Positions 22,419 to 34,289 are shown, counted from the first letter of the stretch. The stretch: 64,000 nt of DNA from Heptranchias perlo (GCF_035084215.1 NC_090345.1:5084001-5148000), one strand, 5' to 3'. Notes: generated from the letters alone by a model not told the origin. Program-made: numbers and translations.

Positions 22419-24230
22419 TTAAAAACAGATAACATTTGTTCGCTGGTGGGGTAACGTGTAGCGTGACATGAACCCAAGATCCCGGTTGAGGCCGTCCTCA
22501 TGGGTGCGGAACTTGGCTATCAATTTCTGCTCGACGATTTTGCGTTGTCGTGTGTCTCGAAGGCCGCCTTGGAGTATGCTTACCCGAAGGTCGGTGGATG
22601 AATGTCCATGACTGCTGAAGTGTTCCCCGACTGGGAGGGAACCCTCCTGTTTGGCGATTGTTGCGCGGTGTCCGTTCATCCGTTGTCGCAGCGTCTGCAT
22701 GGTCTCGCCAATGTACCATGCTCTGGGGCATCCTTTCCTGCAACGTATGAGGTAGACAACGTTGGCCGAGTCACAGGAGTATGAACCATGCACCTGGTGG
22801 GTGGTGTCCTCTCGTGTGATGGTGGTATCTGTGTCGATGATCTGGCATGTCTTGCAGAGGTTACCGTGGCAGGGTTGTGTGGTGTCGTGGACGCTGTTCT
22901 CTTGAAAGCTAGGTAATTTGCTGCGAACGATGGTCTGTTTGAGGTTGGGTGGCTGTTTAAAGGCGAGTAGTGGAGGTGTGGGGATGGCCATAGCGAGGTG
23001 TTTGTCCTCATTGATGACATGTTGAAGGCTGCGGAGAACATGGCGTAGTTTCTCCGCTCCAGGGAAGTACTGGACGACAAAGGGTACTCTGTTGGTTGCG
23101 TCCCGTGTTGGTCTCCTGAGGAGGTCTATGCGATTTTTTGCTGTGGCCCGTCGGAACTGTCGATCGATGAGTCGAGCGTCATATCCCGTTCTTACTAGGG
23201 CGTCTTTCAGCGTCTGTAGGTGTCCATCGCGTTCCTCCTCGTCTGAGCAGACCCTGTGTATTCGCAGGGCCTGTCCATAGGGGATGGCCTCTTTGACGTG
23301 GTTAGGGTGGAAGCTGGAAAAGTGGAGCATCGTGAGGTTGTCCGTGGGCTTGCGGTAGAGTGAGGTGCTGAGGTGCCCGTCTTTGATGGAGATTCGTGTG
23401 TCCAAGAAAGAAACTGATTCTGAGGAGTAGTCCATGGTGAGCTTGATGGTGGGATGGAACTTGTTGATGTTATCGTGTAGTCTCTTTAGTGATTCCTTGC
23501 CGTGGGTCCATAGAAAGAAAATGTCGTCGATGTATCTGGTGTATAGTGTTGGTTGGAGGTCTTGTGCAGTGAAGAAGTCCTGCTCGAACTTGTGCATGAA
23601 AATGTTGGCGTATTGGGGTGCGAATTTGGTCCCCATGGCTGTTCCGTGTGTTTGGGTAAAGAACTGGTTATCAAAGGTGAAGACATTGTGATCCAGGATG
23701 AAGCGGATGAGTTGTAGGATGGCTTCCGGAGATTGGCTGTTGTTGGTGTTGAGTATTGATGCTGTCGCAGCGATGCCGTCATCGTGGGGGATACTGGTGT
23801 ATAGTGCCGAGACGTCCATCGTGGTGAGAAGTGTTCCTGGTTCAACTGGTCCGTGGGTACTGAGTTTTTGTAGGAAGTCTGTAGTGTCGCGACAGAAGCT
23901 GGGGGTTCCCTGTACGATGGGTTTCAGGATGCCCTCGATGTATCCAGAGAGGTTCTCACACAGGGTTCCGTTGCCTGATACGATGGGACGTCCGGGTGTG
24001 TTGGCTTTGTGTATCTTTGGGAGGCAGTAGAAGTCTCCCACACGGGGATTACGTGGGATGAGAGTGCGTAGGATGCTTTGAAGGTCTGGATCGAAGGACT
24101 TGATCAGTTTGTTGAGCTGGTGGGTGTGTTCTTTGGTCGGATCTGCGGGTAACCGTCTGTAGTGTTCCTGGTTGTCCAGTTGTCGGTATGCTTCTTTGCA
24201 ATAGTCTGTTCTGTTCTGTATGACTATGGC
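22419..24230 (-). CDS. Penelope-like RT plus GIY-YIG endonuclease (5'-truncated, open frame)
   Basis: FYCLPKIHK..GRPIVS, MDVSALYTSIP, GTAMG, RYIDD and NVVYLIRC..WYIGET..R.NGH motifs; the frame appears to stay open upstream of 24041 to the junction. Confidence 0.93.
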   Translation of the reverse strand, partial: AIVIQNRTDYCKEAYRQLDNQEHYRRLPADPTKEHTHQLNKLIKSFDPDLQSILRTLIPRNPRVGDFYCLPKIHKANTPGRPIVSGNGTLCENLSGYIEGILKPIVQGTPSFCRDTTDFLQKLSTHGPVEPGTLLTTMDVSALYTSIPHDDGIAATASILNTNNSQSPEAILQLIRFILDHNVFTFDNQFFTQTHGTAMGTKFAPQYANIFMHKFEQDFFTAQDLQPTLYTRYIDDIFFLWTHGKESLKRLHDNINKFHPTIKLTMDYSSESVSFLDTRISIKDGHLSTSLYRKPTDNLTMLHFSSFHPNHVKEAIPYGQALRIHRVCSDEEERDGHLQTLKDALVRTGYDARLIDRQFRRATAKNRIDLLRRPTRDATNRVPFVVQYFPGAEKLRHVLRSLQHVINEDKHLAMAIPTPPLLAFKQPPNLKQTIVRSKLPSFQENSVHDTTQPCHGNLCKTCQIIDTDTTITREDTTHQVHGSYSCDSANVVYLIRCRKGCPRAWYIGETMQTLRQRMNGHRATIAKQEGSLPVGEHFSSHGHSSTDLRVSILQGGLRDTRQRKIVEQKLIAKFRTHEDGLNRDLGFMSRYTLPHQRTNVICF

Positions 24231-24231
24231 T

Positions 24232-25650
24232 CAGGAACACTTGACCACGATGGACGTCTCGGCACTATACACCAGTATCCCCCACGATGACGGCATCGCT
24301 GCGACAGCATCAATACTCAACACCAACAACAGCCAATCTCCGGAAGCCATCCTACAACTCATCCGCTTCATCCTGGATCACAATGTCTTCACCTTTGATA
24401 ACCAGTTCTTTACCCAAACACACGGAACAGCCATGGGGACCAAATTCGCACCCCAATACGCCAACATTTTCATGCACAAGTTCGAGCAGGACTTCTTCAC
24501 TGCACAAGACCTCCAACCAACACTATACACCAGATACATCGACGACATTTTCTTTCTATGGACCCACGGCAAGGAATCACTAAAGAGACTACACGATAAC
24601 ATCAACAAGTTCCATCCCACCATCAAGCTCACCATGGACTACTCCTCAGAATCAGTTTCTTTCTTGGACACACGAATCTCCATCAAAGACGGGCACCTCA
24701 GCACCTCACTCTACCGCAAGCCCACGGACAACCTCACGATGCTCCACTTTTCCAGCTTCCACCCTAACCACGTCAAAGAGGCCATCCCCTATGGACAGGC
24801 CCTGCGAATACACAGGGTCTGCTCAGACGAGGAGGAACGCGATGGACACCTACAGACGCTGAAAGACGCCCTAGTAAGAACGGGATATGACGCTCGACTC
24901 ATCGATCGACAGTTCCGACGGGCCACAGCAAAAAATCGCATAGACCTCCTCAGGAGACCAACACGGGACGCAACCAACAGAGTACCCTTTGTCGTCCAGT
25001 ACTTCCCCGGAGCGGAGAAACTACGCCATGTTCTCCGCAGCCTTCAACATGTCATCAATGAGGACAAACACCTCGCTATGGCCATCCCCACACCTCCACT
25101 ACTCGCCTTTAAACAGCCACCCAACCTCAAACAGACCATCGTTCGCAGCAAATTACCTAGCTTTCAAGAGAACAGCGTCCACGACACCACACAACCCTGC
25201 CACGGTAACCTCTGCAAGACATGCCAGATCATCGACACAGATACCACCATCACACGAGAGGACACCACCCACCAGGTGCATGGTTCATACTCCTGTGACT
25301 CGGCCAACGTTGTCTACCTCATACGTTGCAGGAAAGGATGCCCCAGAGCATGGTACATTGGCGAGACCATGCAGACGCTGCGACAACGGATGAACGGACA
25401 CCGCGCAACAATCGCCAAACAGGAGGGTTCCCTCCCAGTCGGGGAACACTTCAGCAGTCATGGACATTCATCCACCGACCTTCGGGTAAGCGTACTCCAA
25501 GGCGGCCTTCGAGACACACGACAACGCAAAATCGTCGAGCAGAAATTGATAGCCAAGTTCCGCACCCATGAGGACGGCCTCAACCGGGATCTTGGGTTCA
25601 TGTCACGCTACACGTTACCCCACCAGCGAACAAATGTTATCTGTTTTTAA
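24232..25650 (+). CDS. Penelope-like RT plus GIY-YIG endonuclease, second (shorter, inverted) copy
   Basis: Same protein from TTMDVSALY onward; one amino-acid difference seen (SILQGG vs SVLQGG). Confidence 0.93.
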   Translation, partial: QEHLTTMDVSALYTSIPHDDGIAATASILNTNNSQSPEAILQLIRFILDHNVFTFDNQFFTQTHGTAMGTKFAPQYANIFMHKFEQDFFTAQDLQPTLYTRYIDDIFFLWTHGKESLKRLHDNINKFHPTIKLTMDYSSESVSFLDTRISIKDGHLSTSLYRKPTDNLTMLHFSSFHPNHVKEAIPYGQALRIHRVCSDEEERDGHLQTLKDALVRTGYDARLIDRQFRRATAKNRIDLLRRPTRDATNRVPFVVQYFPGAEKLRHVLRSLQHVINEDKHLAMAIPTPPLLAFKQPPNLKQTIVRSKLPSFQENSVHDTTQPCHGNLCKTCQIIDTDTTITREDTTHQVHGSYSCDSANVVYLIRCRKGCPRAWYIGETMQTLRQRMNGHRATIAKQEGSLPVGEHFSSHGHSSTDLRVSVLQGGLRDTRQRKIVEQKLIAKFRTHEDGLNRDLGFMSRYTLPHQRTNVICF

Positions 25651-25879
25651 TATAATGGGTCATTTGCTGGCTTTCTCTGCCTTCCGGATGTTTCTGCCTC
25701 TCTCTGTTTTTTTTTCCTGTTTGTTTTTTTGTTGAATGTGTATTCGGGGGTTCTGCAGGTGACACCTCTCTGTCTGAACACGGTGATTGCCTTGGCAACG
25801 GGCAGTTGCAGGGGCAGTCTGTAAACACCATGTATTGTTCTATATGTATAAATGCGTAGGCTTCAAGGAGCTCCTGAAC

Positions 25880-25920
25880 ATTTACCTGACGAAGGAGGAA
25901 GCCTCCGAAAGCTTGTGAAT
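25880..25920 (+). ncRNA. Minimal type I hammerhead ribozyme (Penelope-associated)
   Basis: Stem I ATTTAC/GTGAAT, core CTGACGA (25886-25892), stem II GGAGG/CCTCC, GAAA (25907-25910), palindromic AGCT in place of stem III; predicted cut after CUU (25914). Confidence 0.82.
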
Positions 25921-25967
25921 TTAAAATAAAATTGCTGGACTATAACTTGGTGTTGTAAAATTGTTTA

Positions 25968-26500
25968 CAATATATTCCCGTTTACTGCGTATTCCCTTTT
26001 ACTGTTTGCCCTCCCTAAGTGCATTACCTCACACTTCTCCGGATTGAACTCCATTTGCCACTTTTCCGCCCACTGCACCAACCCATTGATATCTTCTTGG
26101 AGTCTGCAGCTATCCTCTTCACTATCAACTACACGGCCAATTTTTGTGTCGTCTGCAAATTTGCCAACCATGCCCCCTGCATTCAAGTCCAAATCATTAA
26201 TATATACCACAAACAGCAAGGGACCCAACACTGAGCCCTGTGGCACACCACTGGGAATGGATTTCCATTCGCAAAGACATCCATCGACTTTTACTCTTTG
26301 TTTCCTGTTACTGAGCCAATTTTGGATCCAATTCGCCACATTTCCCTGTATCCCATGGGCTTTTAGCTTTCTGACCAGTCTGCCATGTGGGACCTTGTCA
26401 AATGCCTTACTAAAATCCATGTAGACAACATCCACTGCACTCCCCTCGTCAATCCTCCTTGTCACTTCCTCAAAGAATTTAATCAGATTTGTACGGCATT
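25968..26500 (-). mobile_element. CR1 LINE RT domain (5'-truncated upstream part)
   Basis: VDVVYMDFSKAFDKVPH..GVPQGSVLGPLLF..KFADDTK motifs; joins 21317-22063 once the Penelope and one TSD copy are removed. Confidence 0.92.
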
Positions 26501-26699
26501 ACTCTGTGTAGGAAATAAATTGCTGTGTCACGCTGAATGGAAGAAGTGAATGCAGAGATATTGACCTCTGCGAGAGAGAGAGAGAGAGAGAGACCGAGAG
26601 AGCAAACACAGACAGAATCCCAGACAGTCTCAGCGCTGCCTCACCAAACTGGCTCGACTGAAGATGCAGGTGTGATGCAGCACTGAGACAACACGACAC

Positions 26700-29600
26700 C
26701 TCGATGGTGTTATTTTAGGGTGTGGGTGGTGTTTTTAGGGTACGGTCGGTGTTTGTAGGGTGCAAATGGTATTTTTAGGGTACGGTCATTGTTTTTAGGG
26801 TATGGTCATTGTTTTTAGGGTGCGGGTGCTGTTTTTAGGGTGCGGATGGTGTTTTTAGGGTGCGGATGGTGTTTTTAGGGTGCAGGTTGTGTTTTTAGGG
26901 TGCGGATGGTGTTTTTGGGTACGGTCGGTGTTTTTAGGATGCGGGTGGTGTTTTTAGGGTGCGGGTGGTGTTTTTAGGGTATGGTCGGTGTTTTTAGGAT
27001 GCAAATGGTGTTTTTAGGGTGCGGTCGGTGTTTTGAGGGTGCGGGTTGTGTTTTTAGGGTGCGGGCTGTGTTTTTAGGGTAGGGTGGTGTTTTCAGGGTA
27101 CGGGTGGTGTTTTCAGGGTGCGGGAGATTTTTAGGGTACGGTCGTTGGTTTTAGGGTGCAGATGGTGTTTTTAGGGTACAGTCGGTGTTTTTAGGGAGCA
27201 GATGATGTTTTTAGGGTACGGTCGGTGTTTTTAGGGTGCAAATGGTGTTTTTAGGGTGCGGGCGGTGTTTTTAGGGTGCGGGCGGTGTTTTTAGGGTGCG
27301 GGCGGTGTTTTTAGGGTGCGGGCGGTGTTTGTTTTTAGGGTACAGTCGGTGTTTATAGGGTACGGTCGGGGGTTTTAGGGTGCGGGCGGTGATTTTAGGG
27401 TGCGGGCGGTGATTTTAGGGTGCGGGCGGTGATTTTAGGGTGCGGGCGGTGTTTTTAGGGTGCAGGTGTTGTTTTTAGGGTACAGGTGGTGTCTTAGGGT
27501 ACGGTCGGAGGTTTTAGGGTGCGGATGGTTTTTTTAGGGTGCGGGTGGTGTTTTTAGGGTGCGGGCGGCCTTTTTAGGGTGCGGGCGGTGTTTTTAGGGT
27601 ACGGTCGGTGTTTATAGGGTGCGCGCGGTGTTTATAGGGTGCGCGCGGTGTTTATAGGGTACGGTCGGTGTTTATAGGGTACGGTCGGTGTTTTTAGGGT
27701 ACTGTCGGGGTTTTTAGGGTGCGGGTGGTGTTTTTAGGGTGCGGGCGGTGTTTTTAGGGTGCAGGTGGTGTTTTTAGGGTACAGGTGGTGTCTTAGGGTA
27801 CGGTCGGAGGTTTTAGGGTGCGGGTGTTGTTTTTAGGGTGCGGTTGGTGTTTTTAGGGTATGGTCGGGGGTTTTAGGGTGCAGGCATTGTTTTTAGGGTG
27901 AAGGTGGTGTTTTTAGGGTGAAGGTGGTGTTTTTAGGGTGCGGTTGGTGTTTTTAGGGTACGGGTGATGTTTTAGGGTGCGGGTGGTGTTTTTGGGGTAT
28001 GGTCGGGGGTTTTAGGGTGCGGACGGTGTTTTAAGGTGCGGTCGGTGTTTTTAGGGTGCAGGCATTGTTTTTAGGGTGAAGGTGGTGTTTTTAGGGTGAA
28101 GGTGGTGTTTTTAGGGTGAAGGTGGTGTTTTTAGGGTACGGTCGGTGTTTTTAGGGTACGGTCGGTGTTTTTAGGGTGCAAATTGTGTTTTTAGGGTACG
28201 GTCGGAGGTTTTAGTGTGTGGGTGGTGTTTTTAGGGTGCGGGTGGTGTTTTTAGGGTACGGTCAGGGGTTTTAGGGTATGGTCAGTGTCTTTAGGGTACG
28301 GTCGGTGTTTTTAGGGTACGGTCGGGGGTTTTAGTGCGCGGGTGGTGTTTTTAGGTTGTGGGGTTTTTTTTAGTGTACGGGCGGTGATTTTAAGTTGCAG
28401 GTGGTGTTTTTTGGTTAAGGGTGATGTTTTTAAGGTACAGATGGTGTCTTAGGGTACGGTCGGTGTTCTTAGGGTACGGTCGGGGGTTTTAGTTTGCGGG
28501 TGGTGTTTTTAGGGTACGGGTGAGGTTTTTCGGGTATGGTCGGTGTTTTTAGGGTACGGTCGGAGTTTTTAGGGTGCAAATGGTGTTTTTAGGGTACGGT
28601 CGGAGGTTTTAGGGTGCGCGTGTTGTTTTTAGGGTGCGGTTGGTGTTTTTCGGGTACGGGTGATGTTTTGGGGAGCGGGTGGAGTTTTTAGGGTATGGTC
28701 GGGGGGTTTAGGGTGCGGACGGTGTTTTAAGGTGCGGTCGGTGTTTTTAGGGTGCAGGCATTGTTTTTAGGGTGAAGGTGGTGTTTTTAGGGTACGGTCA
28801 GTGTTTTTAGGGTACGGTCGGGGGTTTTAGGGTGCGGGTGGTGTTTTTAGGGTGCGGGTGGTGTTTTTTGGGTACGGTCAGTGTTTTTAGGGTACGGTCG
28901 GTGTTTTTAGGGTGCAAATTGTGTTTTCAGGGTACGGTCGGTGTTTTTAGGGTACGGTCGATGTTTTCAGGGTACGGTCGGTGTTTTTAGGGTACGGTCG
29001 GTGTTTTTAGGGTACGGTCAGTGTTTTTAGGGTACGGTCGGGGGTTTTAGGGTGCGGGTCGTGTTTTTAGGGTGCGGGTGGTGTTTTTAGGGTGCGGGTA
29101 GTGTTTTTAGGGTACGGTCGGTGTTTTTAGGGTGCAAATTGTGTTTTCAGGGTAAGGTCGGTGTTTTCAGGGTACGGTCGGTGTTTTTAGGGTCCTGTCA
29201 GTGTTTTTAGGGTACGGTCGGTGTTTTTAGGGTACGGTCGGTGTTTTTAGGGTACGGTCGGGGGTTTTAGTGCGTGGGTCGTGTTTTTAGGTTGTGGAGT
29301 TTTTTTTAGGGTACGGGCGGTAATTTAAGGTTGCAGGAGGTGTTTTTTGGTTAAGGGTGGTGTTTTTAGTGTGCAAATGGTGTTTTTAGGGTAGGGTGGT
29401 ATTTTCAGGGTGCGGGTGGTGTTTTCAGGGTGCGGAAGAGATTTTTAGGGTACGGTCGTTGGTTTTATGGTACAGATGGTGTTTTTAGGGAGCAGATGAT
29501 GTTTTTAGGGTACGATCGGTGTTTTTAGGGTACGGTCGGTGTTTTTAGGGTGTGGGCGGTGTTTTTAAGGTACGGTCGGTGTTTTTAGGGTGCAAATGGT

Positions 29601-30955
29601 GTTTTTAGGGTGCAGGCGGTGTTTATAGGGTGCGGGCAGTGTTTATAGGGGATGGTCAGGGGTTTTAGGGTGTGGGTGGTGTTTTTAGGGTGCGCGTGGT
29701 GTTTTCAGGGTACGGTCAGGGGTTTTAGGGTACGGTCTGTGTTTTTAGGGTACGGTCTGTGTTATTAGGGTACGGTCGGAGGTTTTAGGGTACGGTCGGT
29801 GTTTTTAGGGTACGGTCAGGGGTTTTAGTGCGCGGGTCGTGTTTTTAGGTTGTGGAGGTTTTTTTAGGGTACGGGCGGTAATTTTAAGGTTGCAGGAGGT
29901 GTTTTTTGTTTAAGGGTGGTGTTTTTAGGGTGCGGGTGGTGTTTTTAGGGTGCGGGTGGTGTTTTTAGGGTCGGGTGGTGTTTTCAGGGTGCGGAAGAGG
30001 TTTTTAGGGTACGGTCGTTGGTTTTAGGGTGCAGATGGTGTTTTTAGGGTACAGTCGGTGTTTTTAGGGAGCAAATGATGTTTTTAGGGTACAGTCGGTG
30101 TTTTTAGGGTGTGGGCGGTGTTTTTAGGGTGCAAATGGTGTTTTTAGGGTACGATCGGAGGTTTTAGTATGTGGGTGGTGTTTTTAGGGTGCGGGTGGTG
30201 TTTTCAGGGTACGGTCGGTGTTTTAGGGTACGGTCAGGGGTTTTAGGCTACGGTCGGTGTTTTTAGGGTGCAAATGGTGTTTTTAGGGTCTGGTCGGTGT
30301 TTTTAGGGTCCGGTCGGTGTTTTTAGGGTCCAGTCAGGGGTTTTAGTGCGTGGGTGGTGTTTTTAGGTTGTAGGGTTTTTTTAGGGTACGGGCGGTGATT
30401 TTAGGTTGCAGGTGGTGTTTTTTGGTTATGGGTGGTGTTTTTAGGGTGCGGGTGATTTTAGGGTGCGGGTGGTGTTTTTTGGGTACAGATGGTGTTTTTA
30501 GGGTAGGGTGGTGTTTTTAGGGTACGGTCAGTGTTTTTAGGGTGCAGACGGTTTTTTAGGGTGCGGGCGGTGTTTTTAGGGTGCGATCGGTGTTTTAGGA
30601 TAGTGGTGGTGTTTTTAGGGTGCAGGTGGTGTTTTAGGGTACGGTCAGTGGTTTTAGAGTACGGTCAGGGTTTTTAGGGTGCGGGTGGTGTTTTTTGTGT
30701 ACAGTCGGGGGTTTTAGGGTGCGGGTGGTGTTTTTAGGGTGCGGGTGGTGTTTTTAGGGTGCGGGCGGTGTTTTGGGTGCAGGCGGTGTTTTTAGGGTGC
30801 AGTATTTTTAGTGTGCGGGCGGTGTTTTTAGGGTGCAGGTGGTGTTTTTGGGGTGCGAGTGGTGTTTTTTGGGTGCGGGTGGTGTTTTTGGGGTACAGAT
30901 GGTGTTTTAGGGTGCGGCTGGTGTTTTTTAGGATGATACTGGTGTTTTTATGGAT
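26700..30955. repeat. 4.2-kb satellite with a ~20-bp unit GGTGTTTTTAGGGTGCGGGT containing TTAGGG
   Basis: Roughly 200 tandem degenerate units in PGAM1 intron 1. Confidence 0.97.
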
Positions 30956-31749
30956 AAAATGAATTGTAAAATTTGGATTTAAAAATTGCTGCAAGAACAA
31001 TGTGATAAATAAGCCGAATCTCCTGCTGCTCCTGTCCCCAGATTGAGCTTTTATTCTGACTGTGGGATTCACCATGATAGAAATGAGTTTATTTTAAAAG
31101 TGCGACACAGGGAATGCTGGGCGAGGTTTTAAAATACAGCTGAGGGAGGGGAGGAGACAGAGTGGATTGTGGAAAACATAACAGAAGTGGCTCTATAGGA
31201 TTAGGAATTGCTCCATTGCTGTGTGTAGTGGAATCGTAAATACATTTTGTCCATCTTTGACTCTGTCTCTCTGTCTCTCTCTGTCTGTCTGTCTCTCTTC
31301 CTACACCAAACTATCTTTTTCTCTGTCTTTCTCTCTGATTTGCTATCTGTCACTGTCTGTCTCTCTTTCTCTGTCTATGTCTTTCGATGTCTTTCACATC
31401 TGTCACTGCCTTTGTCTCCCTTTGATTTTCTATCTCTCTCTCCAACCTCCAACCCCTCTCAGTCTGCTTATTTCTCTATTTCTCTCTCTGTCTATCTCTA
31501 TCTCTCTTTCTCTCTTTTTCTGTCTCTGTTTCTCCGCCTGCCCCAAACACACCCCCTATGTCTGAGGGGAGCTTGGCATGGAGGATGAGGGAAGGGACTC
31601 CCAAGCTGGGGGACCAAATTTATGATAAATACAGAAATTTTAAATTAAATATTATTCTAGGAATTATTTAAAAATAATAGAGCAAAAAAAGCAGTAATAA
31701 ATCTCATTCAGTAATTTTAAATATAGTTAATTAATGCTAATATTCACTA

Positions 31750-33210
31750 TGTAATGCATGTACACACGATGCAACATATATACCATTTAGTGCATGCATA
31801 TATTATGTAATCGATATGTGTACACTGTGCAATGCAAATATACCCTATATAATACATGTCGAGACTAATGCATATATACACTATCCAATACGTATATACA
31901 CTATTTAATACAAGCATACACACTATGCAATGCAAAAATGTGCTATGTGGTACATGTATACATTATGTAATATATGTAGATACTATGCATCAGTGTAATG
32001 CATATATATATACACAATATGCAATGCATACATTATTGCATGTATGCATTAGATAATCCATGTATACACTAATGCATTTATATATTATGAGTGCATATAT
32101 ACACTGCGTAATGCATTTATATACTAATGCATGTGCACATATATGATTAATATATACACTATTTTATGCATGTATGCACTATCTAATGCATATATACACT
32201 AATGCATTTGCATTATGTAATGCATATATACATTATTAAATGCTAATATACACTATGTGATTCATCTATAAATTATTTAATGCACATATATAAAATGTAA
32301 ATGGTGTCGTTCACAGCATATTCATCTGCATCTGAAACTGAACAGAGGTTGACATTTCAGGGAGAGACCCTTCACATAAAGAGAGGACACCCATCTCCCA
32401 TCTCCAGTTCAGACCAAGGAATATTTGCTGAAATATTAACCTGTCTGTTCTATTTTCCGATATTGTGAGTTCCAGCATTCAGCTTTTCTTTTTTTAGTTC
32501 TTCTATGAATCCATCTACCATCTCTCTAGTTATTTATCCACCTCTACCTCTACCTAGGTTTTATTATTTAATGCATGCAATTAATAATTCAATATATATA
32601 TTACTTAATGTATACATTATTCTTCATGTAAATATTATAAATTTATTTATAAATATGCAAATCTTACTATTGAGTATATTACTATTAAATATATATTTAA
32701 TGCATATGTATATAATTTAATGTGTATGTGTTATATATTTAATGTACATATTACTTGATGTGTATATACACATTATTTGATGTATATATATTATTTCACG
32801 CGTGTATATAAATATATGCGATTTAATGTGTGCACATATATTGAATGTGTGTATATATTCACTATTTAATGTGTGTATATATAAATTATTTCATATATAT
32901 ATTTTAGTGCATATAGACGTAGGTTGTATCATTTGATGCATATATATTGTATATATTAATATGTTCAATGTGTGCATGTGAATATATATCATGTAATGCA
33001 TATATTACTTAATTTATTTATAATTTGGTATATATTGTGTATATATTAATGCATTTATATTATTCAATGTGCATATGATTTAATGTATATATTATTTAGT
33101 GCATATATTATTTAATGTGTATATATTATTTAATGCATATATTATTTAATGTGTATAAATTATTTAATGCATATATGTTATTTAATGTGTATGTTATTGA
33201 ATGTGTATAT
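31750..33210. repeat. AT-rich degenerate (AT/AC/GT)n low-complexity tracts
   Basis: Repetitive ATATATAC/ATGCAT/TATTATTTAATG motifs, interrupted by an old repeat at about 32305-32500. Confidence 0.8.
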
Positions 33211-33227
33211 ATATCTGTTGAGTTTAC

Positions 33228-33641
33228 CTTGCTGATGGTGGAGTAGAAGTCGTGCTCCGGCTCCATAGGAGGAGGGGGAATGTCGAAGGATCTCCTCCAG
33301 ATCTTCACTTGCTGCTCTCCGTGCTTGGCCGCGGTCTCTGCCTTGTTGAGGCCAGTCAGACCCCCGTAGTGCCTCTCGTTGAGCCGCCAGGTCCTGATCA
33401 CGGGGAGCCACATCTGGTCGATGCCGTCCAGCACCGCCCAGAGGGTGCGGATCGCCCGCTTCAGCACCGAGGTGTAGCAGATGTCGAACTGGTAGCCGGC
33501 GTCGCTCAGAGCCCGAGCCCCCCGGTCCGCCTCCTGAACCCCGGTCTCGGACAGGTCGGCATCGAACCAGCCGCAGAAACGGTTCTCCTGGTTCCAGGTG
33601 CTTTCACCGTGCCGGATCAGCACCAGCCTGTGAGCCGCCAT
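33228..33641 (-). CDS. PGAM1: Phosphoglycerate mutase 1, coding exon 1
   Basis: [31 protein letters not shown]...ISK with the RHGE catalytic motif; 414+181+170 nt gives 254 aa plus stop; neighbours HPS1 and PI4K2A share the human 10q24 region with PGAM1. Confidence 0.96.
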
Positions 33642-34289
33642 CACTTGGGGCTCTGATCTGCAGAAGATTAAAGGAGATGATCCTTGTGGGGTTTGTTCTC
33701 TCCTTCCGTTCACTTCTTTTCTCCTTCCCTTTTTTTTCCCCCTCTCTGTTTATTCCTCTCTGTCTCTTTCCCTCCGTTGCTTTCTCCTATTGCTCTCTGC
33801 CTCTCTTTCTCTGTCTCTCCAGCTCTTCTGATGTCTGCAATGATCTACATCACCGCCAACCAGAGGGAAGAGAGACAATAAAAAAACCTGCACGTAATGA
33901 GGACACAGCGACCTTCAGCAGCAGAATGGAAGGGCTGTACCCTATTTACTGGCTTACAGCTCGATTCGAATGGATAAGCCACCAGCTGCCTGTTAGTAAA
34001 ATCTGGGGAAGAGATTGGATTATTTTAAAATATTTAACAATGTATTTTTAAAATATATGTTTTCCTCTCCTGAAGGCGCCGACTCCTGACTGAGGCGGGG
34101 TTCCCAAAGTGTAGAGGAGGGGACGGACTGGCCGTGGGGGATCGGGGGATTTCCCAAGTGGCCACTCTTCATGGGACAGTGAGTGTTGATTTTGGAGGTG
34201 GGAGGTGAGGGGGAGTAGGGGAATGACCCAGCCCAGCCTGATCCTGTCCGCACCTGATGTGCACCTTCCACCAGGACTCACTGCATTTG

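Larger units (their letters stand above)
22064..25967. mobile_element. Penelope-like retroelement, inverted two-copy insertion with a 13-bp TSD
   Basis: Two divergently oriented near-identical copies with a junction near 24230; CAATATATTCCCG is duplicated at 22051-22063 and 25968-25980. Confidence 0.95.

Noticed and set aside
26700-30955. True telomere or interstitial (TTAGGG)n tract
   Set aside because: The hexamers are never tandem; they are embedded singly in a 20-bp unit within an intron.
32326-32445. Two hammerhead-like traces (..GAAGGGTCTCTCCCTGAAATGTCAAC on minus; CAGACCAAGG..TGAAATATTAAC on plus)
   Set aside because: The core is too degenerate to call a ribozyme; probably old Penelope-type debris.
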